The notes beneath the pieces were generated by a model. It saw only the letters and a program-made list of their open reading frames with translations. It was not told the DNA's origin and did not search any database. A stretch of 64,000 nucleotides of DNA from the human T2T-CHM13v2.0 reference genome, Homo sapiens. The translations under genes and the position numbers were made by a program. The DNA is taken from NCBI RefSeq assembly GCF_009914755.1, contig NC_060935.1. The stretch is one strand, 5' to 3'. Shown one piece after another: positions 27,101 to 39,496 of the stretch. Each line of letters opens with the position of its first letter. Position 1 is the stretch's first letter.

Positions 27101-29924
27101 TATATAAGTAAATGAATGTATCAGCTACTCCTCCCATGACTTCCCTCTAGGGACGGTCATGAGGACAGAGTGAGCTGGGGTAGGGATGCACACCACAGCA
27201 GTTACATAGAGTTTTGGGTGGTGCAGGTCCTTTATTTCTGTACTTGGGACACTCCACAGATAATGTGGCTTTGAAGCAGGACTTTCTGTCATAAAAGTTT
27301 TCCAGGTAGACAGCTTCCCTAGTTTCCCTGGTTGAAGACATGCAGGCATGTGCAGGTCGTAGAATACGTGTAAGCATCACGGTGATCCGTGGTGGTTTTT
27401 CTGGCATGATGGCCAACATTTCAGTGGAAGAGCCTACCCACTCCCCCCTCATGCCCTACAGTCTCCATTCAAAGGCTGTGCTAGTTCCTTTTCCCTTCAG
27501 AACCCATTCAGCTTCTTAGGAAGGAGGGTAGGGAAGAGCCAAGCAGCAATATCACTGAGTAAATAGGAATAATCAAACAGATACTCCCTGGAGAGAGTTT
27601 TCTTTCTATGAAGATCTTAATTAATATGAACGCTTTGTCCTGGTGTTCTGAGGCAGACTCTCTGTACCAACCGTGTGTGACTGCTGATCCAGCTCTGCCT
27701 AAATCAGATCACTGGGGTCTTTCATCCTTTGGGGAATAAGCTCCTTTGGAGAATCAAGCCAGATCTTGCCTGTTGGGAGATTAAATAAGTTGCCCTGTCT
27801 TAAAGTTTAAAATTAAGTGCATATTAAGCAAATGACAGTGGAGGCCACTGAAGACACCTTAGGCCTGGAAGCATTTCAGTTAGAGAATGTTTCAGGGACT
27901 CCACACACATTCATTCCCCTTCTCCACTCCACCCCACTGTCATGCCATCCTGACTTTCCACTCACTGTAAGGTGCTTCAGAAGACCCAAGACTCAGGCTG
28001 CCAGAGTGGCTGAGTTGGGTGACTTGGGGGTTGTTTCTCTCCCATTCATGTCTGAGATCATGAATGGTCCTCTGGGCCATTTCTTGAGTGTTTCATTTCC
28101 AAGGCCTGTCAGAGGGAGGCAGTCTTTAGCATTCTCTGACTGTGCTGGTATTACTGGGAAACAACAGTCTTCTCTTAAAAGGCAATTTCAGAAAACAACT
28201 GCAACTGAATGACTCAGGAAGAGAAAGGAAAGGGGAATAGGATGAGTGAAATGTATGGCCCAAGAGCTTTTGGAGTCTGGAAGAACAAAGGAGGAATAAA
28301 GGATGGGTACGTGGCAAGAGGAGACCCATGTTACAGAGTGTCCATGATCATGCAGTGACCATCCAGCTTGGCTCTGCTGTCGCCTGCAGAGAATACACTA
28401 ATGAAACAAGTGAGTCTTGGGTGAGGGGTGGTGTGGAATCGTGCTTGGTGGAAGCATCTTTTGAATCACAGGGTCTTTCATGCTGATCCTTGAGGCGCTG
28501 AAAACTTCACAGAACTGCCATCTGGGTTCAAATGGGGACATTTAGAAAGTTCTTCAAATTCACTCCTCTCAATGACTTTTGCCCGAAGACTCCAAGCCCA
28601 CAATTACTTTAACCTGAATGAACAGAAAGTATCATCCATGCTGTTTAATTCTCAGTGGCCTCTTGGACTAGCCTGAAAGTCACAGCTCCCCCAACCCCCA
28701 AAATATAAGTTAAGAAAGAAGCCTGAAGGTGATGGAATAAACACTACGGCTTGTCTTTCTTATTTTTAGGGGCTCTTTGAGAGAGGGGGAATCAGGAAGT
28801 GTAGGAGTGAGCAAAGTGATTCTGGGCAGAAACCTGAATGGATATGACAAGGACGAGGGATCCTTTGTCCGGGAGCTGGTAAATCCCTGGGGGCTGCCTG
28901 TATTGTCACATTTGCTTGCGAGGACACCTGGCATTGTATCCACCACTGCCAGATCATCTCTAGATCCACAAGAACCAGGATCTTTGGCCAGGACTGAGAG
29001 CAACTCACATCTGACAAAAGCCTGTTCACCTCTTAAAAGAAGCCCCTTTTTATTTTCCTAGCAGGAGGGTGTTGGAGGTCATGATTTCTGAGCATGCTAG
29101 TGACATGGCTTTTGGCATTTCCATTAGCATCCCTGTTCTAGAGAATCCCCATATGCTGCGAAAATTGATCTCAAAACAGTATATCATATATATCACCGTC
29201 TGAGGAGGGACGAAAACCCACCAAGAGTGTGATTTGTGGGGGCCCATTGCTTGAGTGTAGAGGGCTCAGACTCTGAGGTCAGCTTATGTGCCTGAGGGCA
29301 GCTCACAGCAGGCCCTGCAGGGATAGCTGAGAGCCTGCCCTGGTCTTGGAGGAGAAAGAGATAGGGAGTGTGCACCAGGAGACATCTACATGTTCCACCA
29401 GTGCCCAGAAGTTGTTGTCAGGTTTGACTTCAGATCCCAAACTGTAGGTGCTCGTTGGCTGCAATCTCACAGCTTTGGCCACAGAGTGATAGCCGTTCTG
29501 CAGGCCTCTCTAGAGATCTGTGTCTTCAATTGTGAATGACTCCTCATCAGGAAGGGACATCTGGGTAGCACTGCACTGAGTCCCACATGAATGAATACTT
29601 CCAGGTTGAGAGGAGAAACCAAACCCACAAAAGCCTATGCCCTGCTCCTAACACATGTGGATATGAGTGTACACCTAACAATCGCACGTATTAAAAGATA
29701 TGGGAATATACGGACTCAGAAGCCTGCAACTCATAGGGAATTGGGGATGGTGAGTGGGTGGGTGGCTTGAGAGAGGAGAGTAAGCCAGCATGTTTACTTG
29801 AGTTGAAGTTGGTCAGAGTCAGATATTAATGGTGTAGGCTCTGAAAATTATGACTTGCCTGGAGCTCTGGCTCAAGCCCACAGAAGTATTAATAGATTAT
29901 TTTTAATGTATTTATTTGTTTATT

Positions 29925-31350
29925 AATTCATTCGGTAAATATTTATTGAACACCCATTCTTACTTAGTAGTATATTAGGCTCTGGGAATACAGTGGTGAG
30001 CAAATCAGAACCCATGTCTTCATGGGTTTCATGCCTTCTAGGGAGGCACACAAGAAAATAAGCAAGTCATATACAGGATAAATATTGTTATATTGGAGGT
30101 ATAAGGATGTTATTAGAGCACACGTGAGCAACCTCCAACTTGGATGGAGGCTTCCTGGAGGTGGTGTCATCTAAGCTGTCATCTGAAGGATGAGAAGAAG
30201 TTAAGACAATGAAGGAATGGGGGAGAAAGGGAAGAATGCCAGGCTGAGAGTCAAGGTAGGTAAATGTCCAGAGTAGGGAGAGAGTAAGACAAGTTCATGG
30301 AACTGAAAATGGGAGTGGGGAGGAGGGCTAAGATCTGAACTTGGAGAAGTAAATGGGCATTAAATGGTGAAAGGCCCTTGAAAACCATTTTAAGTAGTTT
30401 TTGCCTTTTTCTGGGGACAATAGGGAAGTAATGAAAGGATCTTAATCAGGGGAGGGACATCAGGTGATGTCATGGAAAAGTTACTTTGACTACTTGGTTT
30501 TGACTCAACTGGTGGGTTTAAGCTGAAGGCAGGGAGATTGGGATAATATTGCCATCATTTAGGCAAAGAATATGGTAGTCTGAACCAGTGTTGCTGTATG
30601 AGGGGGTGGATAAATAAATGCACAAAAAGATACTAGAAATCCGAAAACATTTGGTAATTGATCTCTTTCGAGAGGTGAGAGAGGAATCTAGGATAATGCC
30701 CACTTTTCTTGCTTGGGCAACTGAGTGATAGTGGAGTTCTTTACTGAAATGAAGAATACAAGAAAAAAGAGCTTTTTTTATTGTTATCGTTAGGATACTG
30801 AACAGTTTTCATATACAGTAGCAGGGTGTGCATGACATCCAAAGGTAGGGTGTGCCTAGGAGGCATGTGGGTATACAGACGTATCTGGAATTCAGAAGAG
30901 AGAGACCCACTGGATATGTCCATTTTGGAGTTGTCATCAACATATAAATGATCATTGAAGCCCTTGGAACTGGGTGAGTTTATATAACAAGAGAGTATAG
31001 AAAGAGAAGAGAGCTTGGAATAGAATCCAGAGGAACCCCAACATATTCCACCCCTCCAGAACAATCCCAATCCACGATGGAGATTGAGGAGTTGCTGGAA
31101 GAAATAGGAGGGACACCAGAAGAGTGTGGTGTCATGGAAGCTAAAGGAAGAGGTTTCAAAAAGAAAAAAGCAGTCAGTTTTAGATGGTGCTGAGAAGTCC
31201 CCTAAGAGGCAGACTAAAAAATGTCTGTTGCTCTTAGTGACATGGGAGTCGCTGGGTATCAAAGGCAAACAGTTTTGGTGTCAGTGGAATGATAGAAGCA
31301 GGAGTGGGATTACAGTGGGTTGAGGAGTTAGTGAGCAATTGGGAGGTAGA
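29925..31350 (-). mobile_element. L2 LINE, about 1.4 kb, with reverse-transcriptase remnant
   Basis: 3' signature attcattcggtaaatatttattgaacacc; minus-strand translations LLGDFSA, HDTTLFWCPSY, GFNDHLYVDD and GIILDSSL match L2 ORF2 motifs. Confidence 0.88.
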
Positions 31351-31730
31351 GGCAACGTGGGTAGGCAGCTCTAGGAGTGGAGGAGGTGGTTAGTTAGACC
31401 GATCCAAGCTTAGGGTACAGCAGGCTGGTGAAATTGAAGGATCCCAGGCAGGGGAGTTCAGGAATTGGCCAGAAGTCAGTGGGGAGTTGGACGACGGGCC
31501 TTGAAGTGTGGGCCGAATATGAAAGAAGTAAGGAAAGGAAAGGCATTCTAGGGAGATTTTTGAAGATCAAATAATGGGTTTGGTGGGAGTAACTGGATGG
31601 GAGAATTTAAAAGGTGGGAATGAGGTTTGAATATAACACTGTAGAGATAGAGCTCTTCTTGGTGATGAAAGACATAGAGTGTTCTCTATAAGCACCTCCT
31701 AGAGGGGGCCTAAGTGCAGCTCATGGTACC

Positions 31731-32099
31731 TGTCTTAGTCTGTTTTGTGCTGCTGTAGCAGAATGCCTGAGAGTGGGTAATGTATACAGAACAAAAATGT
31801 ATTTGGTTCACAGTTTTGAAGGCTAAGTCCAAGATCAGGGTGCCAGCGTCTTACAAGGGCCTTCTTGCTGCACCACTCCATGGTGGAAGGCGAGAGGGCA
31901 AGAGAGAGCAGAGCACAAGAGGGGACTAGATTCATTTTTTCCTAAGGAACCCACTCCCTTGAGAACGACATTAATCCACGCGTGAGGGCACAGCCCCCAT
32001 GACCCAAACACCTCCCAAGAGGCCCCACCTCCCAACACTGCTGCATTAAGATCAAGTTTCCAACACAGGAACTTTGGGGGACACATTTAAACCATAGAA
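31731..32099 (-). mobile_element. MaLR solo LTR (MSTC/MSTD-like) with 5-bp TSD
   Basis: tgtcttagtctgttttgtgctgct ... gggggacacatttaaaccatagaa; GTACC on both sides (31726-31730, 32100-32104). Confidence 0.9.
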
Positions 32100-32199
32100 G
32101 TACCTAAGTTAAAACACCACAGCCCACTGATTTAAATATCTGTACCCCACACCCTTCTTCACCCAGCCACTGGATCAGTGTTCTAAGCAGCTACTGTTT

Positions 32200-32430
32200 C
32201 TCCATCCCCTAATCATGTGACACTGTGATAGACATTGTTCATATATTATCTCTAATCTGCCCAGCAACCTTGCATGGTGGGTACTATAACTCTAATACAG
32301 AAAGGAAACTAAGACCCAGAGATACTAAGTGATTTGCATATGATTATGTAGTTAGTAAATAAATGGAAGAGTCAGAATTTGAACCCAGGTGTGGTCTGAC
32401 TTCAACACCGAGGCTCTTTGCTTTGTACTT
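32200..32430 (-). mobile_element. MIR
   Basis: aggaaactaagacccagaga...aagtgatttgc...agaatttgaacccagg. Confidence 0.7.
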
Positions 32431-34196
32431 CTCAGACTGTAAGCTTCTTGGGGCCAAGAAGTATTTTCTTATCATTGTGTAGCCTCAGGGTTTGATTCCT
32501 ATACAGAATTGGGACTCAAGAAATTTGAGGTGCATGAGTGAGTCAGTAAGTGAGTAACTGAGTGAGGGGTACATAAAGTAACTCTCTAATGCTGTTCCCC
32601 AGGGGAAATAAAGCACCACCACCCAAAGAGAGAAATGAAGAGCACTGGACAGAAGAAAGGAAGAGCAGAAAGATTTGGCCATCAAGCGATGCTGGTGTTG
32701 GGTAGCTAGAACAGAGGTGTCTCTCTTCACTACTGTTTCTAACCAGGGTGCTGGACAGCCTGTGGTTGGCCTGAGAGAGTCAGCCCTAAGGCCTCCATCT
32801 GCCCCAGCATCAACCCCAGGCTCCAGAGCTGTCAGGCAGTGGCCCAAAAACTCCAGAGGAGGAGCTGAAAGGGGAGGTACCTAAGAAACAAAACCCACAT
32901 GGGAGGAGAGAACCCCAAACCACGAAGTGACATTCTACTTCACGTTTCCTTTTAGTGTCGGCATCTGAGGCTGGGGTTTCTCTCCAGACCCTCCTTCAGA
33001 GTGCCCAGGGTTGGCGTGTCTGAATGTGTGAGAGTGTTGGGAGGGACCACGCTGCCCATGAGGAGCATGCACACCACCTGACATGACCTTGAACTCCAGC
33101 CAGATGCCTACCAGACACTCGTCTTCCTTCCCTGAAACTGATTTATAGAATCAGGAGAGCAACCTACTTGAAAGGAGGGTAGTTCCAGATGTGGGGGTAA
33201 TGGGAAATGCTAGTGGGCAATGTGCTCTTTTATTTTACTATTTTTCTTTATCATATCATATTCCTCTCTCTCCCTCCCCAAATAGCAAGAAGGACAGTAT
33301 CTTCCTTCCAGGCTTTAAAATCCCTTGCATGCAGCCTGACGTTGCCTAAAAGCCTCTCCCTCAGGCCTACGGACTCCCTCTCATTGCTTGCCTATTCAGT
33401 AAGCCTATAAATTTACTGTCCCCTGTCCACCACCATCACCACCAGCCTGTTGTGGCAGGGAAGGTGGCCTGGTGAGCCCAGTGGACTCCAGCAGGACTGC
33501 AGCAAGGGGATACTGCTTTGTGCAGCAGCCGGAGCAGCGCTGTCCCTGAGGTCTGCAGGAAAGTCCTGGGGCCCAGGAAGACAGTGGCCCATCACCCCCA
33601 GTATTGCACATCAGGTATCCCCCACCTGTGTGCACCATGCACACCCCCACCATCCACCTCCTGGGCCCCATGTGCTGGGGGAAGGTGTGGTCAGCAGACA
33701 GGGGAGGATGTCATGCTGACGGAGCCCCTTAGAACAATAGGAGCTTCACAGGATCACAAAGCCTATCCCCCCTCAGGTTACAGAAGAGTTGAAGTCCAGA
33801 GAAATCAAATTCATTTGTGCAATCCTTTATCCATCTATTCGTCCTTCTCTCCATCCAATAAATATTCATTGAACACCTGTCAGAACCAAGAGATAGAGTG
33901 CTGTATAAGAGAAGTGAGGTCGCAGCTCTCATGCAGCTTTCATTCTGACAGGTGGGGAAGACAGTAAACCTTGAACTTAAAGCAAGTCTCTAAGTCTTGT
34001 GGGTGTCACAGCTGAAGACTAAGGCTGGGCCTCCTGTAGTGTCCTTTGCAAGGCCCCATACTCCCTGCTTCCTGGGAGGCCAAGCATTTAGTTTGGCTCT
34101 CCATTGCAGATGGAGAAGTTTGAGGGAATAAATACCAGTTTGGACTAGATACTTCTGGGCGGCAGAAGGGTACAGGTAGTTTCAGACCAGGATTGG

Positions 34197-34397
34197 TTTT
34201 TAATTTTTTAATTTTGGTAAATTATATGTAATGCAAAATTTGCATTTTTAACCATTTTAAGAGGACAATTCAGTGGCATTAAATACATTAGCATTGTCAT
34301 GCAACCATCAACACACACTGTATCTCCAGAACTCTTATCATCCCGTAAAACAGAAACTCCGTACCCATTAAACACCAACTCCCCATTCCTTCCCTGA
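34197..34397 (-). mobile_element. L1MB-type 3' end fragment
   Basis: ttttaaccattttaag...aattcagtggcattaaatacatt...gaaactccgtacccattaaaca. Confidence 0.8.
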
Positions 34398-34405
34398 CTC
34401 CTAGA

Positions 34406-34926
34406 CAGGGATTCTTAACTTTTTTGTGCCATTGGCTCCCTGGTCAGTCTGGCGAAACCCCTGAACTCTTCCTCAGAATCAGGTCTCTAAATGCAGAAAG
34501 TAAAATACATAGGATTGTCATGGAAACTTGAAATACAAATATCAAAATATTTTTTAAAAACCATTTGTAATATAGTAATATGTGTGATTCTTTGTTATCC
34601 CATTAACCAATAACATCAGGCTGTAATTGAATAACTACCATATTTTTGCGGGAGTGGCTTGCATAGATGATATTTTGAGATGACTGCAACATTTCTAGTG
34701 CAGTGTGAAAATACCTGTAATGTCTACCGGTGACCAAGTAGTTACCAGTACTGCCCATATGACTTGGTGGTTGCTTATATTCCTAATGGAAGGAGCTACT
34801 GAATTTCAGTTGGAGGTTGGTGAAAATAAAGATGTCACTTTTTTCCCCTCTCTGAGTTCACCAATCTCCTGAATTCTGTCCCTGGACAGCTTAGGGGTTC
34901 CGTGGACTCCAGGTTAAGAAGCCGTG
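34406..34926. mobile_element. hAT-Charlie DNA transposon (Charlie4-like)
   Basis: Terminal inverted repeats cagggattcttaac ... gttaagaagccgtg; CCTAGA on both flanks (Charlie-type target). Confidence 0.75.
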
Positions 34927-37900
34927 CCTAGACCTGAGCTCACTCCCCTTTTCTGCCTAGAGGGGCAGTGCACAGTGCACGGGGCTGGGAGCGTGTTGAT
35001 ACGTAGGATGTCGTGAGTGAAGCAGTCCCTTTGCAGGGCATCACAGGAGCCCAGCCAAGGGGAAAAGGTGCCCCCACTCTCCCCAGGCCGCCAGCCTGCT
35101 GTCTGAGGTGGGCGGGGCCGGTGCCCCCTAGAAGTGTGCCTTCTGGCAGCTTCCCCCGCCCCCTTCCACCCTCTTGTCCAAGGGCTCAATGCAGAAGGGA
35201 GCCATATGGTCCTTTGTGGACACATTTTCCCTAGTACAGTATCTTCCTGGTGTGAATGCAGGCCTGGCGGGCGCCCTGGTGTCAGCTGTCCCTCCCCTTC
35301 CCTGGCGCCCCATCCCCCATAGCCAGCCCAGAGAGTAGCAGGTTGTGGGGAGTCGGGGAGCCCTGCAGAGTCGGGGTGAGTAAGGAGTCTTTCAGTAACA
35401 CCCACACACACACTCACACAGAAAACTGTGGAAGTGAAGTCAAACGTCTCAAAGTCAGATCCCTTTTTGGTATGAATTTGCTGTGTCTCATTCTGGGCAC
35501 TAATTCCAATTTAATTGCGAGTGGCCTGAAGCCTCTTCAATAGGAGTAACAAATGGTTTGATTTTGTAAACTTCATCAGACTGCATTTTAAATGCGACAC
35601 AGTAGCCCAACTCGAATGCCAATGAAGCACTGGAGTAGCTCTCTGTTTACTAATTATCCGTTTTTACTCCAAGCCACGCTGGCTGGCTTGTCTGATTAAA
35701 TCGGATTTGTGGGATAGAGAACAGCTAGCAGAGTTTTCTCTATAGTAAACGAGATTGAAACTATGGGCCGCCTGGCTGCACACTGTAAATTATATTTCCT
35801 TTTAAAGGGGACGTGTCTCTTTTATTTCTCTGTCATCCCTCCTGCATATTAAACTTTACGGTACAGAAGTATACCCGGCTGCTTCTAAATCCAGCCTCTC
35901 ACCCTCCACCTGGTAGCCCACTCTCACTTTCTGTGATTTCCGTCTCCTTCTCTGAAGGACTGGAAAGGAAATTCGTAGCTACGTTCTCTGCTCCTTTATC
36001 TTTTTAACCCTTTTCTTTTCTTCCTCTTTATTCTGGAATTGGCTTTTCATTATTCCATTATTTTCAAAGATACCTGTGATGACATGGATGCTTAGAAACT
36101 ATATTGAGTTAGCTAAAAGAGAGTTCTGGCAACAGAATTTACCAGGACCTAACACAGACTGGGTTTTAGCTTTTTAGAAGGATGTGAAGATGGGTGGTAT
36201 TGGGCCGGGGCAGGCAGGGGTTGGGCATGAATTGGTAATGATAGTTTGAATTGTGAAAAAAGAGTCAATTTCTGAAAAATCAAATGTGTTCCTTTGGTTC
36301 ACCTGGAATGATGAAATCCCTTCCTCTGAACGCAGTGAAATCAGAATCACCTGATTTCTACCTGTGGCCCAGCGGAGAAGGCCGTGGGGCAGGTGTTGGA
36401 AGGGTGAACGTTGGTGGTCCCGCCCTCTCGGTTGAAGCCCAGGTTGGGGCAGTGGGTGTGTCCTCTTTCTACTCCCTGGCTGGTTCTGGGTCTGACGTAG
36501 AGCTCCTGGGCTCGATTTATTGTTTATTCCTCTGACCCTAGGAAGGCAAAACAACCTCTGTCCTTGGTCCTTCCTGTAATGTGCACGTGCATGTGCAACA
36601 CACACATGCACACACATGCAGGTACATGAAACAAACGCAAGGAGCCCTGAATCAGGTGTAATCAGACTGTGCGTACATTCTGCCGTTGCTAAGACCAACT
36701 CCATGAGCTCGACCTGCCCTGCCCTCATTCTTGGTATCTATGTATGCTCTGGGAGCTTTTTTATATTTTAATTTGCTTCTGAATGTCCTGCAGAATTAAC
36801 AGTATCTGTCTGCACTTTTCCCTTTTTGGCTATTGTGTGCCGTACAGTACGGGAAGGCCGCATGGTGTCTCTGATATTGATAGCCTGGTTACCGTGGGAA
36901 TGAATGGCCACCACACTCTCAGGCCCACAGCCCTCCTTTTAATTGTTGACAGTAAAAAGCATTTAAATGCTGCTTAATTTGTAATCATCTTCTGTGGGGG
37001 GGGGGGCGGAAAGGAGAGGAGCCATTAAAATGTCAGTAAAATGAATACATCCTCTCCTTTTTTGTTATTTTGTTTTGCTTATTTATATGGGGTAGTTTTT
37101 CTTTTCATTGCCCAGTGTTTGGGAGATATTTAAATGGCGCTGAAACAATCAGTATTTCGTTTTATTTTGAATTTCTGTCTCGCCCAACCCCTGCTCCCCT
37201 CCCCACTCCATTCTGTCTCCCTGGGCCTTTGTCTTGCCTCTGTCTCTCTCTCTTTTCTGTCTGGGTCTCCTCCTGCCTCCTGCCTCTGCCTCCACCTCCC
37301 TATCTCTGGAATACATTGGGGTTTACTGGAAATTTTACATGAGAGCCTAGCCGAGGTTTTTGGGTTTTTTTCCCCCAGAGAACCTACTCCTGGGCTGCAG
37401 TTTCTCTGCAGGGGCCTCAGGATGACTTTGGGAATGTCTGAAACTAGAGAGAGTGACCATCTATAGAAAGCATCTTTTACACGTGAAGTATACTGGAGAT
37501 GAAAGAGTCCTGGGGATAACTTATTGTTCAGACAAGGAAATTGGGTCTTACCTTCACGTGGAAACTCCGTGCCTCCCGTGAAGCTCTGGACACACAGCCA
37601 GAATGTAAATGCCTACTATGTGTTGGACACTGTGCTCTTGTAATGAAACTGCTAGATTCAGAGGGTCTGGTTCTCTGACTTGCTCTCTATATGGGCTTTC
37701 TTGGGGGTCTTCTCTATCATTCTGCTGCTGGGGGCTTGGGAGAGAAAGCTCCCCCTCCATATTCCCCACCCCAACTGCTCAGCCCTCACCTGGCACAGAG
37801 AGGCTTCGGGTACTCTCAGACCCAGCTACTCAATAATTGCCTCTGTGAGTGTTCAGCCAGTTCTAGGAGGTCTTAAGCTGCTAACTGGTAGTCCCCTAGA

Positions 37901-38957
37901 AAAGGGACCTAGAGGTTCTCTCAAGTCCTGTGAAATTTTCCCATCTTCCTAAAAATCCCCATCTCACAGTGCTGCTTGAGAAAGGTTGAACCTAGATTGG
38001 CACCCAGCAGGTGCCCAGTCAATGTTGGATCCTTTCTTTGCCTTGTCTGTGACTGTCCCTCTGTCAGCCTAAGAATGTGGTTCCTTTTAGTTAAAGAGAT
38101 TCTCTTTAGCTAAAAGAAGGCTGTGAAGTCTGACTTTGAAAGAGAAAATGCTGACGTCCATCTCAGTGGGAGAAAGGACCATTCAACCTGCCAGCACCCT
38201 CTTCAATAGAATTGTTGAATATTAGAGTGGAGAAAAACCCTTTAAGGATCACTTATATCCCTCTTCATTTTACTGTTGAGGAAACTGAGGCCCAGAAAGG
38301 TCTAGTAACCCACCCAGGAGTGCACAGCGAGTTAGTCACTGAGCCAGGACTTGAGGCCAGGTTTTGTACTCTTGTTCCTGTTCAGTTGGGAGTCTGCAGT
38401 AAAAAGCCACGTGAGGGCAAGAGGATGGCTGGGATGTGAAGATCCTGGCCTGCCCTTTCATGCTCCGTCCCGATGTTCCCCCACCCGCTTTGGGGCTTCT
38501 TTTCCTGGAAGCCTCTAAGATCAGCTGAATTCGAGACCAAGGGACCCATATTTCTTGCAGTGCTCATGCAACCTTGCAGAGGGTTACAGGCAGAATACAT
38601 GCCAGGGAATGGACTTAGGAAGAAACTGATTGTAGCTTTTGGTTTATTTGCTACCCATCTACCCCCAAATGCAGGAAGTAGGGAGCCCTTTGGCTTTAGG
38701 AACCCTGAGAGTAAACAGGTGCCTGTCTCTCTCCTTTGAACTTCATTTCTACAGAACAAGCAGTGTAGAGAAACCGAGGAAAACAGTTCTCTGCATCTTG
38801 GGAGAAGTTGTTGAGCACGGGGCCCTCAAGTCGGCACCCTGCCTACTTGCTCCATCCCACAGTCCATCATTCTCCCAGCCTGATCCCATCTCAGAGGCAC
38901 CTCTCTGCCAGAACGGGCAGTCCCTGAGAGAGGCTTCCACATCAGATGCCCCACCCA

Positions 38958-39026
38958 GGGTTGGGCTGGGTTGGGTTGGGCTGGGCTAGGCTAGGCTTGC
39001 TCTGCAGAGCTGGGCTAGGTTAGGCT
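38958..39026 (+). repeat. GGG(T/C)T / AGGCT pentamer repeat, G-quadruplex motif
   Basis: GGGTTGGGCTGGGTTGGGTTGGGCTGGG: six G3 tracts with 2-nt loops (38958-38985). Confidence 0.85.
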
Positions 39027-39420
39027 ACTGCAAGCTGCCCTTCTCCTCTCTGGGTTGTTGAAGTTGGTCCGATTTTTCAATCGTGGGCCAATTAGTTTCA
39101 CAAATGGGGGCCCCCGTGGTGCCAGGGCACATTTGTTCCGGGCCTGCGCACTGGCCAGGCCCCATTGTTCTGCCTCCCACCCCCGTGTGGGCCCATTGTC
39201 CTCGCCCCCAGCGGGTGCTGCTTACTACTGATTTATACGGGCAGGCGTCCTGCGGGCTCCAGGCTTCTCTGCCACAGCTGGCGGAGGTGCTTAAGGCCTT
39301 GGACCCCGTGACCTTTGCCCTAGTCCTGCTGTCATTTTGAAAGTTACAGACCAGAGGGCTGCATACCTCTCCGGATTTACTTTCCACCCCAACTCATCCC
39401 CCCCGCCCCACCCACTCTAT

Positions 39421-39444
39421 TGCACATACGCATGCGCGCGCACG

Positions 39445-39492
<48 letters not shown>
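39421..39492. repeat. (CG)n(CA)n compound microsatellite, Z-DNA prone
   Basis: 72 bp of continuous purine-pyrimidine alternation. Confidence 0.95.

Positions 39493-39496
<4 letters not shown>

Noticed and set aside
39125-39140. Glucocorticoid/androgen response element look-alikes (GGCACAttTGTTCC; similar at 22680, 26532, 45188, 62614)
   Set aside because: ZBTB16 is steroid-inducible, but these have 1-2 nt spacers rather than the required 3; no canonical IR3 found by eye. A PWM scan is needed.
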